Assembly (NCBI RefSeq): GCF_009914755.1
Contig: NC_060937.1
DNA length: 64,000 nucleotides
Strand: one strand, 5' to 3'
Source: the human T2T-CHM13v2.0 reference genome, Homo sapiens
Shown here: in pieces, positions 39,921-54,137 of the stretch
How the letters are laid out: the number at the start of each line of letters is the position of its first letter
Numbering within the stretch: the stretch's first letter is position 1
Position numbers and translations under genes: made by a program
Notes under the pieces: generated by a model
What the model was told of the DNA's origin: nothing
The model's database searches: none
What the model saw: only the letters and a program-made list of their open reading frames with translations

Positions 39921-40739
39921 GAGATGGTAGGATCTTTTGTCTATGGTCCTCTGAGTGGTCACGTTTTTAAAAATTAAGAACTAGGAACAGACAAAGTTAA
40001 TATATTAAGACTTTAGAATATAATTAGATATTAGGAGGAGATCAAAAAGGCTGCCATTCTGAATCTTCCTCTTTAAAAATGACCCTTCTTGCTTACTTCA
40101 CCCTCAAGACTCAAAGTTCCCTCAGACTCACCTCCAATAACCCAACTGCAGAAACAAAAAGGAGAGGGAATAGAGTGACTCACAACTCACCTCTAAGGAT
40201 TCTAAGATGAAGGAGGAATCGTGAGGAATGACCAGCAAGGGAATGGTGGAAATCAAGACTCTGAGGAATGTGAGGGGTTAAAGCAAGTAGAGTTCGGGCT
40301 GGGGCCTCAAAAGAGAGAGTCTTACAGAGAATCGTGGAATGAGGGAAAGTCCATGTGCTGATAGAGACACCAGGGTGGTGGGGGAGTGAGACCCTGGGTT
40401 GGGAGTACACAGAAGTAAGAGTGTCTGCAAGGCTCCCTGCCAGCCTCCTACCCTTGTTCTGTTCTGCACAGTGGTTTTCCACCATCGAGAACCAACAGCA
40501 AAGCACTTCATCTTTCTGTGGGGGTGTGTGTAGTGTGCCTATGTACTGTGCAAAGGATGGAGAATAGGTTACCTCCCCGACCCCCATAAGTTACCTACAG
40601 CCACTCGAGAGTACTCCATGGAGATGACAACTAAAGAGAGCAAGGCAGGGTTTCACCCACCCAGGTAACCTGAAAAACCGATTTCACTGACTGCTCCTAA
40701 AAGCCCTCACCTCTAGCCCCCACAAAACAAAGCCTGGTG

Positions 40740-42480
40740 ACTTAGTTTCATGCCTATCAATTTCCTTCTCACACTTCATCTAGTATTACCTCCCCAGACA
40801 GAATTAGTTCTGTCCTCAGGCCCCGGCCGTCTTTCTTGGATCTCTCTGTTCTCCTCAACTAGATCCTGAGTTTGTGAAGAGCAGAGCTTTTGACTCTACC
40901 TCAAGATCCTTCAGATCTTCTCTCAGGGTCTTGTGCCTTGTGGCCACTCAATACATATTATTGACTTGTCTTTTACAGATGCTGTCACTGAGGCCCAAAG
41001 CAACTAAATGGCTTTTCCAGGGCTCTGCAACTAGTTAGTGGCTGAGCCAGGACTGGGTAGGAGCTCCTTCTTTTAGAGGGAAAGTTCACAGTTTGCAGTC
41101 TAAAATTTTTGGTTATTTGCATATATTTACTTAGAAAGAAATTATAGACTGTGCTCAGTGCTTATTCTCATTAACCGTGTAATAATCTAAAGTAGTAGTT
41201 TTCAAATGGGAGGTGGCATCATGCAGTGAGGGCAAGCACAGTCTTCAAAATCAGGCAGACCTTCTGATTAGATGCTCACAGGTAAGTTCTTTAACTGCTG
41301 AGCTCACTTTGTTCACCCATGAAAAGAGGATACTTGTATTCACAGCCCAGAGCTTCTGTAGGATTAAACATGCTAGGAGGAGGTCTACCAGTTAGCTATT
41401 CTTCAAGTATATCATTTGGGCAACAACTATACCAATTACTTATTCACTTTATTTTTGTAATATGAAAATTAACTCAAAAGGAGACAAAAAATCACGGCAA
41501 ATTACAAATTATAAAAGCTAAAAATTACCTCAAATGTTATAAAATCCAGTATTCTAATACCTTGAAATACCTCTATAATAACATTTTTTATGTATTTTAG
41601 CTATATACTTTAAAATTGTTTTTATTGTGGTAAATAAATATAAAATCTGCCATAGTAACCATCTTGAAGTGTACAATTCAGTGACATTCAGTGCATTTAT
41701 GATGTTGTGCAACCATCACCACTAGCTGTTTCCATAATAGAGCCTGGAAGAGCTATTCACTTAAAACACGACGGGAAGAACACCACCTTGAGTTGTACAG
41801 TGCCAAGGCCCAGAACATGCTGCCCTCTTTCACTTCCAAGCTTTGGCACAATTTTTCCCTCTGCCAGAAGTGCCCTAATTCAAACCCTTCTGCTGTTCCT
41901 ACTCACTTCTCAGTCCCAACCCAGGTAGATGTTTGAAGCCCTTATGGAATCCCCCCAGATTAGATTGGGTGCCCTTCCTCTGTGCTTCTACTCCACACTT
42001 ACTCAATTGTAGTGATTTCCACACTATTTTGCTTCCATTGATCTTTCTATCCTTCTAGACTCTAAGCCCCTCCAGGGCAAGCACTGTGTTTTATCGACCA
42101 CGATTCCCTCATGCTAGTGATTGACTAGTGGGTTATTCTACAAATATCTGATGAATAAGTGAATGGAATAGCCTATCACCTACTAGTTTTTAATTTAAGG
42201 GCTGCTTGGAAGTTTCCTTTACCCAGATTATTTCCCTCAAATTCACTAATTCATTCATCCTTTCAACAAATATTTATTAAGCATCTTCTGTATGAGCAAA
42301 GCACTGATTTTAGATTACAGCAGAGAATAAGAAACAAAAGTCACTGATCTTGTGGACTTTATATCATAGTTGGGAAGTGAGAGAGAATGTGTAGAGAAGC
42401 AGAAAATAAATAAGTAAAATATATGGCATTCTTAACAGATCCGTAGGTGATAATATTTGCCTTAAAAATGCAAATACAGC
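40740..42480. mobile_element. Patchwork of L2, MIR and short L1 3' fragments
   Basis: MIR at ~40970-41070 and ~41215-41380; L1 3' end at ~41610-41735 (GTGCAACCATCACCACTA); L2 at ~41820-42160 and ~42245-42480 (CAACAAATATTTATTAAGCATC). Confidence 0.55.
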
Positions 42481-43461
42481 TCTGCAAGGAAATACTAAGA
42501 CGAAGAGGTAGAGGGAGAAAATGTGTTGGTGTGCATAGTCCTGTGGTAGAAAGTTTGACTTTGGGGGAAGGTTGTGAGAATGGGAGATTGAGGGCATTGG
42601 GACAGTACTGGGTACCTCCCTAAGGATGGGGGAAGAGGAAGACTAGGGAAGTGAAAAAGGCAGAGAAGAGGGAGCAAAGTCCTGAAGCCAATCAGTATTA
42701 CCAAAGTTTGCCCTAGGTCTAGGATTGAGTAGGGGGAAGAAACAGGGGTGAAAGACCTATTGGGAGAGGACTATGGGATACTTACCAAGGGCATCCAAGA
42801 AATTAGGCAGAAGATGCTTCCTGGAAGATACTATCCCATGATACTTCTAACCTCGTCCTTTCCAACTGCAGAAGAAAAACAATATGCAATATAATTTTTT
42901 AATTGTTAAGAGTCACTGTGTGGGAGTACAGCCTTCTATGAGATGTGGCATCTATAACCCTAGAAATAGTCCTTTAACTTGAACTATAGAATTAAAATAT
43001 CTTATGTCAGAATAATCACATTTAGAGAGCCTTACAGAAGAGTCTGTAGGTAGTTTGGAAACAGAGTAGCGTTTTTCGTCTCTCCCTTCCCAGGCTCCAG
43101 CACAAAGCCTGGATGAAGTGGCCAACAGGGACAACAAAAGCCTGGAAAGAGAAGAAAACATCAGCAGGACTTCTACTGCAAATACCTTGCCTCCACATTT
43201 TTCTTTTATACTTGAGACTTTTACTTTCAAATTTATTGTAACATTTTTCTCATTATAAAGTAATACATTTCCTTTATATACAGAATGCTTGAAAAATAGG
43301 GAAAACATATAACACATTTCTTCAGGTCATGCAAGCTGAAAACCTACTAATAATAATTCATATTTCACTGATTTCTTTATCCTCCTTAATGCAAGTCCTC
43401 AAATCCCTGCACAGTTATTGTTCTCTCCTATCCCCCTTACTTCTAGGCTGTGTTAAAAATC

Positions 43462-43918
43462 TGTATTAGGCAGAGTTCTTCAGAGAAAAGGACTAATTAT
43501 TTGTATATAACCAGGAATGCACTGACATGACTATGGAGAGTAAGAAGTCCCACAATTTGCCATTGTCAGACGGTGATCCAGGAAAACTGGTGGTGTAATT
43601 CCAGTTCAAGACAGAAAGCCTGAGAACTAGGGGACCCAGTGGTGTAAGTCTTTGTAAAAGGGCGAGAAAAATGAATATTCCAGCTCAGGTAGGCAAGCAG
43701 GAAGAAAAAGGGTGACTTCCTCCTTCCTCTGCCATTTCATTCTATTTTGGCCCTCATTGGATTGAATAATGCCCACCTATACCGAGAGAACAATCTACTT
43801 CACTGAGTCCACTTGTTCAAATGCTATTCTCTTTCAGAAATACCCACACGGGCACTCTCAGAAACAATCTGGGCACCCCATGGCCCAGTCACATTGACAC
43901 GTAGAATTGACTCTCACA
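43462..43918 (-). mobile_element. MLT2B-like solo LTR
   Basis: TGTATTAGGCAGAGTTCTTCAGAGAAA...TGACACGTAGAATTGACTCTCACA; TSD AAATC/GAATC. Confidence 0.85.
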
Positions 43919-44425
43919 GAATCCCAAAGAGCAAGAGTCATGGACCCATGTTCATAATAGCTTAGGTCATTGTTTGTGGCATTTCGTCCATTCCCTTTCC
44001 ACAGCTATGGTCACCCTCAATTGTGTCAGCTGCCTACAAAACTGAGTGATGGGATGGGGCTCTTCTTTAAGTGACCACTCAGAGCCCCACTCCCTCTACC
44101 TCCCCAAACACCCCAAACCCCCGCTAAGAAATTGGAGCTCCGGAACCCTTTGGTAGCCAAAAAACCCTTGATGCAATTCAACCTCTGACTGGTTTCATGC
44201 CGAAATGTGGAGACCAGCATTATCCCCCTACAACCAGCCATATGTTCTTACTGAGGCAATAGGACACTAGAAAAGAACTTCTTGTCTTCTGACTATGGCT
44301 CCCATCCCCCTTGGCCTAAGCTCCATGCCAAAGGACAGGTCTTCAGAATATGTTTGCTACCTCTTTAGTGCCTGAGCTCTGGGATTTTCCCATGAGAAAA
44401 TTAATCTGACTCTTAATTTGCCCAC

Positions 44426-44770
44426 TGCCATGATCCAAATGCTTGTGTCTCCCCAAATACATGTTAAAACCTAATCACCAATGCAATGGAATTAGGAGGT
44501 GGAAAGTGATTAAGTCATGAGGGAAGAACCCTCATGAATGAGATTAATGTCTTTGTAAATGTGGCCCTAGAGAGATGCCTGGCCCTTTCTATCATGTGAA
44601 GAGACAGCAGGAAGGCATCATCCATGAACCAGAAAGCAAGCTCTCAGCAGACAATGAATCTGACAGCACTGTAATCCTGCAATTCCTAGACTCCAGGAAT
44701 TAAATTTCTGTTACTTATAAGCTACCCAGTGTATGGTATTTTGTTATAGCAGTCTGAATGGACCAAGACC
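44426..44770 (+). mobile_element. MLT1A-like solo LTR
   Basis: CATGAGGGAAGAACCCTCATGAATGAGATTAATG; TATAAGCTACCCAGTGTATGGTATTTTGTTATAGCAG. Confidence 0.8.
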
Positions 44771-45033
44771 ACCCCTTACCCCATCACCGCAACCCACCCT
44801 ACTATGCATCAACATCTTCAGATCCCAACAGCGGGCTCATTACAGGCTAGAGCTTGGACCCTTGCTACGAATACAAAGAAAGCAATTGATAAATAATTAA
44901 ATCAAATTCAGAGATTGCCATTATTAACCTTTTAATGTTTTTCTTTCCTTCTGTTGTTTCATTGCATATTTACTATAAAATTGGGACTGTGTGGGATATG
45001 AATTGAATACACAGCTCTTTAAAAAAAACTTAG

Positions 45034-45352
<319 letters not shown>

Positions 45353-45545
45353 TTAGGTACAGAACATTGAATGCATCATGTCTTTGGTTGTAGAATACTT
45401 AGTCATTGATCATTGATGTAAGCAAGGCTCTTTTCTATTATAAGTACAATAAAATAATAATAACAATAACAACTACCATTATTTCTTTCTGACAAAGATA
45501 CTTCCCTACTAATTTTGATATACAAAATACGTTGCAGTGATATAA

Positions 45546-45888
<343 letters not shown>

Positions 45889-45899
45889 TGTACGTGTTC

Positions 45900-47020
45900 T
45901 TTAATATTCATTTTTCCTAAAATCTCATTCTATCCTTCCCTTTTTTCCACTGAAAACTATGTTTTTCATGTTTATTGATGTGTGCACCATCTAGTTTTTG
46001 TCATTATATAGTATGCATTTACTACATTTTGCTTATTATTTCCTCCAGTGTTGACCATGAAGGTTACTCTAACTTCTCCTTGCCATAGTCATTGTCATGA
46101 CAGATATCTCTTACGTGTCCTCATAAGGGCCTGTGTAAGAATGTCTCTGCAATACATATCCATGTATGCAATTAGAAAGTCATGGGACCTTGACTATCTT
46201 AAGTACTACCATATTGCTTTCCAGTGTTATTCAAGTCTCCATCTTCCCACTTTATTATAGACCCCTTGTATCATGTGATCTTCAAATTTTTTGCTATTAT
46301 GGTACCTGTAAATCAGTATCTCATTTTTATTTTTATTCTTATTTTTCTGACTGCTCTGGAATTCTGACATCTTTTCATAGAATTGCCAACCTCTGAGGCT
46401 TCTTGTTCTGAGAAATATACATTCATAGATTTGCTCACTTATGCTATTTTTGCACTTAACATTATCTCTTGAATATTTTTCTCATAATATCCATGAACAT
46501 TATAATGGATTTATAATATTCCATAATATGCCATATATTGTTTAGCCATTGCTCTTTTATTAGGCCTTTATGTGGTTTCCAGTTTTGGCTAACTCTGATA
46601 AACATCCCTGTGCATACATTCTTGTCTACAAGCATGCTTATTTCTTTTTGACTGTCTTGGAAGAATGATTGATTCAAAGGACATGAAACAATTTAAGTCA
46701 CTTAGTACATACTGCCAAATTGCTTCCCTGAAAGGTTTCCATTACATTACAGTTTCATTAAGAGTGCATACAAGTACTTATCTTGCCATATACTCATATT
46801 TTCCAAATCACCACCAATCTGAGGCATGAAAAGCTCTAGTTCATTTGTGCTTAAATTGCTTACTAGTGACACCTGAACCTATTTAACATAGATTAGAGAT
46901 TTGTATTTCTTCTTTTGTAAATTATATTCTAGGTTCTCTAGGTGCTTTGTGCTACATTGTTGATTTGCAAGAGCTCTTTACATAAATAGTATTTACTGAT
47001 ATTGCTTTCCATATCTGTGG
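45900..47020 (-). mobile_element. Degraded L1ME-like fragments
   Basis: TGTGGTTTCCAGTTTTGGCT; ACATACTGCCAAATTGCTT; TTGATTTGCAAGAGCTCTTTA. Confidence 0.6.
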
Positions 47021-48235
47021 CATATGGTGGTAGTTCTAATACTTGAGAAGATGGCAGTTGTTTGGAGCTTGTCTTTTGTAGGTGGCTAAGAACAGTGGAT
47101 TGCAAGAATGCCACTAGATATCTGCAAAAGCAAGATAAGTAGCTGGAAGCAGTGGAGGAGTTTCAGGTAACACTTTACAGCAGTAAAATAATTTTCGATG
47201 AGCTGCAAAGTCTCTACCAGAAGAGCCAACTATTGCCTCTCAGCAGAGAGGTGCCAAGAATCCCCTCTGCTCTGCATCTCAGCTCATTGCTTCATCTTAT
47301 TCCTGTTCATACTTGACTGCATTGGGAAACTCTCATTGACTATGGAAGGCCCAAGGCCTTGGAGGGAAAGCAGGAATAATGATGAGTATTTGCTAAATCC
47401 AAACTTTAAGACAAAGGCTGTAGGTGAACGCTGTATTTTCTTAATATCTGTTTTTAATGAGAGTTACAGATCATTCCATTTTATGTAGCTTCCAAATCAG
47501 ATCTATTGTACCATAAACCTATTTGTAATTCTCAAGCAGCTAAGAGCACAGCACACCTTATTCTCTGCTGTGTCAAATTTTGCTGAAAGCCAGTACATTC
47601 ACTTCCAGAGGAGTCTTGAAAATATGTCAACAATGCTCCTGTTTGCACTTAAGGCTGGACATGTGTAAGGCTAATCATAGAACAATGTAACTGTCATGCT
47701 GCAAGGGCCACTGAAATCCCACCTGTCTCTGCTTCACTTCAGGGATTTTTGTCCCCATTCTCCTGAGACAGCAAAGTAGTCATTTAGCCGATACCTGTTT
47801 GCTAAGTGGCTTCAGAATAGATAGCTTGTGCTAAATAGTGCTTGACACTTGATTTCTCTTCAAATCTTCAGCTGGACAAATGTCTGCCCAGTCCCAAGCC
47901 TCTCTTTCTTAGATACCAGGTGCAGAACCTACACACAAGTCTCTGGAAACGTTTAAAGGTTAGATGCTTCCTATAGGGCAATCGAAAGTAATTTTCACTA
48001 CTTGTGTGCACGTCTTTATGTGTTCCAGAGGGAAGATGTTCATACGCCTTGAAAAGCTGGATGAAATACTATCTCGCTTCTATGAGCCTGATTCACTCTG
48101 ATCACGCTACTTTTACGTCATGGCTTCAAGTTCTTTATCTAATTACTGCATGTCCTCATGGGTGTCTATAGAGGGGGAGGGGTGCTTTTTTTTTTCTTTT
48201 CCTTATTTCTCTAAGAAAGAAAGGTGTGCTTTTCT

Positions 48236-48466
48236 TACTACAAGGCTACAGTAACCAAAACAGCATGGTACTGGTGCCAAAACAGATACATAGACCAATG
48301 GAACAAAACAGAGGCTTCAGAAATAACACCACACATCGACAACTATATGATCTTTGACAAACCTGACAAAAACAAGCAATGGGGAAAGGATTTCCTATTT
48401 AATAAATGGTGTTGGGAAAATTGGCTAGCCATATGCAGAACACTGAAACTGGACCCCTTCCTTACA
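48236..48466 (+). mobile_element. Isolated internal L1PA ORF2 fragment
   Basis: Translates as [13 protein letters not shown]...[37 protein letters not shown], matching the L1 ORF2p C-terminal region. Confidence 0.95.
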
Positions 48467-48579
48467 TACTTTCAAATTGTAAAGGTACTTATTTAAATTG
48501 TAAATTATAAAGGTACAAATTAAATTAAATTAAAGGTACAATGTACAATTTAAATTGTACAATTAAATTGTAAAAGTAC

Positions 48580-49506
48580 AATTTACTTATAATAAAACGC
48601 ACAGATTTTAAATGTAGTTTGAAGTGTTTTGACAAATGCATACATGTGTGTAACTACCACTCCAATCAAGATCTAGAATATTTCTATCACCCTGTCATCT
48701 TCATGCTCGTTCTAGTCAATTCATCTTCATCCCTGCCACCTTGCTTTCTATAACTATATTTTAGTTTTGAATGTTCTAGAACTTCATAGAAATAGAATCA
48801 CTCAGCATGAATTCTTTTGTACCTTGTTTCTTTTGCTCAATACAACGCTTTGAGAATTAATCTATGTTGTTGTATCAGCACTTCATTATTATTGTTATTA
48901 TTGTATTTACGTTAAAATACCACAGTTTGTTTATCCATTAAATTGTTGATAGGCATTTGGGTTGTTTCTAGTTTTTGCTTTTTATGTCATTTTATGGACA
49001 TATGTTTTATCAGGACATAAAAAGCATTAACTGTAAATAGAAAGACTGATAAGTAGGACTACTTTAAAAGTAAGAATTTCTGTTTATCTAAAGGCATACT
49101 AAGACAGGGGAAGGCAAATTGCTGAGTGACAGAAGATAGCTGCAATACGACCAAGAACGCATAACCAGAATATACAAATAATTCCTACAACTCATTTCAT
49201 TTATTTTGAGTAAATATCTAGTAGTATAATTCCTCTGCCTTAGGTTAAGATACATTTGCTTTTATTTAGAAAAATGAATAAAACTACTGAACCGTTTTCC
49301 CAAGTGTTTGTACTGTTTTGTAGTCAGCAATGTATGAAAGTCCGTGCTCTGCCTCTTGGCCAACATTTGGTATTATCATCTTTAATTTTAACCATTCTAG
49401 TAAGTATAAAGTAGTATCTTACTTTGGTTTTAATTTGCATTTTCCTGATAACTAAAGTGTTGAGCACGTTTTCATTTGCTTACTGGCTACTCATATGTCT
49501 TCTTTT
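48580..49506 (-). mobile_element. Old L1M 3' region (host of the pseudogene), with an opposite-strand L1 piece at ~49010-49195
   Basis: GGCATTTGGGTTGTTTCTAG; GGTTTTAATTTGCATTTTCCTGATAACT; continues after 52015. Confidence 0.75.
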
Positions 49507-52014
<2,508 letters not shown>

Positions 52015-52200
52015 CATATGTCTTCTTTTGAATTGAATTGTCTTTTCAAGTCTTTTGTACATTTTTCAAAATGAGGTTATTTTCTTTTTATTATTGAGTT
52101 TTAAGAGTTTCCTAATATACTCTGGATAAAAGTTATTTGTCAGATATTTGTGTTACAAATGTGTTGTATTTTGCTATTTTCTTAATTTTGTCTTTTGATG
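52015..52200 (-). mobile_element. Continuation of the host L1M
   Basis: TTATTGAGTTTTAAGAGTT...CTGGATAAAAG...GTCAGATAT is colinear with the L1 sequence before 49506. Confidence 0.7.
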
Positions 52201-52224
52201 AGCACACACTCATACACATACACA

Positions 52225-53070
52225 CAGTGGCATACTGTAAAGTCTCAAAAAAAAGAAAATGCTGTCATTTACAGCAACATGGATGCTACTGGAGGACATT
52301 ATGCTAAGAGAAATAAACCAGGAACCAAAAGACAAATACTGTATCGTCCCATTTATATGCAGAATCTAAAAAAGTCAGTCTGGTAGAAACAGAGTAGAAA
52401 GGTGATTACCAAAGGCTGGGGGAAGGGAGAGAGATGGGGAAAGGGAAGATGTTGATCAAAGGATACAAAATTTCAGTTAGACTGGAGGAATAAGTTTTAG
52501 TGATCTATTGCACTGCATGGTGGGCACAGTTAATAATGTATTATATATTTCAAAATTGCTAAAAGAATAGATTTTTAATTTTCTCACCACCAAAAGAAAG
52601 ATAATTTGGCACTATGATGTGAATATCCCAAAAATGATGTGTTGAAAACTTGATTCCCAGTGAAGCAGTGTTATGAGGTGAGGCCTAATGGGAGACATTC
52701 AGGTCATGAGGGTTCCACCCTCACAAATGAATTAATGCCCATTGTAAAATGGCTTGAGGCTGCAAGTTCAGTCTCTTGCTCTCTCTTCTGTCATAATATA
52801 TGCAGCAAGAAGGCCTTCCCCAGATGCCAACCACTCAGTCTTGAACTTTCCAGCCTCCAGAACCATGAGCCAATACATTTTCATTATAAATTAACGTACC
52901 TCAGGTATTCTGTTACAGCAGCACAAAACAAATTGAGACAGTTGGTGAGGTAATTAACATGTTAATTAGCTTGATTGAATCTTTCTACAATATATACGTA
53001 GAGCAAAACATCATGTTATACTCATAAATATACACAATTATTATTTGTCAATTAAAAATTCAAAAATAAT
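52225..53070 (+). mobile_element. L1MA-type 3' end interrupted by an MST LTR
   Basis: CAGCAACATGGATG...GGAGGACATTATGCTAAG; ends TTATTTGTCAATTAAAAATTCAAAAATAA. Confidence 0.85.
52610..52940 (+). mobile_element. MST-type (MSTC/D-like) solo LTR
   Basis: GGTCATGAGGGTTCCACCCTCA; TCTTGAACTTTCCAGCCTCCAGAACCATGAG; TSD TTTGG/GTTGG. Confidence 0.8.
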
Positions 53071-53431
53071 TTTTTAAGTATGTTGTTCAGTGTCCTAATA
53101 ATTGGTGAAACCCCCTTTCTTTTTGTTATTGATTCATAATTTAATTCTGCTATAGTCATATAATATTTTATATTACTCAGCTCTTATGGATCTTATTAAA
53201 TTTACTTTGAGTTCATTTATATACTAGAAATAACCTACGTTGGTAAATGTTCTATGTGTGCTAACAAAAAATGTCAATTCTGCTGCTAGTAGATAGAATG
53301 TTTCATAAATATCAATTAGAACAAGTTTGTTAATTGTGTTCTTCAGATCTTATATAGCCTTACTGATTTTCTGCATACATATTCTATCAATTATTGGAAG
53401 AAAAATATTGAAATCTCCTATATGATTTTAG

Positions 53432-53780
<349 letters not shown>

Positions 53781-54137
53781 TATTTTGAGGTTTTGTTATT
53801 AGGTATGTAAGATTTTATATTATTGTTGGCAGACAATTGTCCATGGTTTGCTTGCATATCTACAAGTTTTCTGAGCAAAGCCAAGGCATTAACAGTCTGA
53901 GCCATTTCACATTGTGATTATTTTACCTTTTTTTGGTAAAATAGTTTTGCTGGGTATAAAATTATATGTTTATAATTTTCCTCTTTCAGTACTTAAAAGA
54001 TGTTGCTCTCCTGCTTTTCCCTTGTATTACTTCTGACACTGCTGCCATTCTTAACTTTGTCCCTGTGTATATATGTTCTTTCTTCCCTTCTGACTACTTA
54101 CATTTTTTCCCACTAAAAAAAAAATTTATTATCATCT

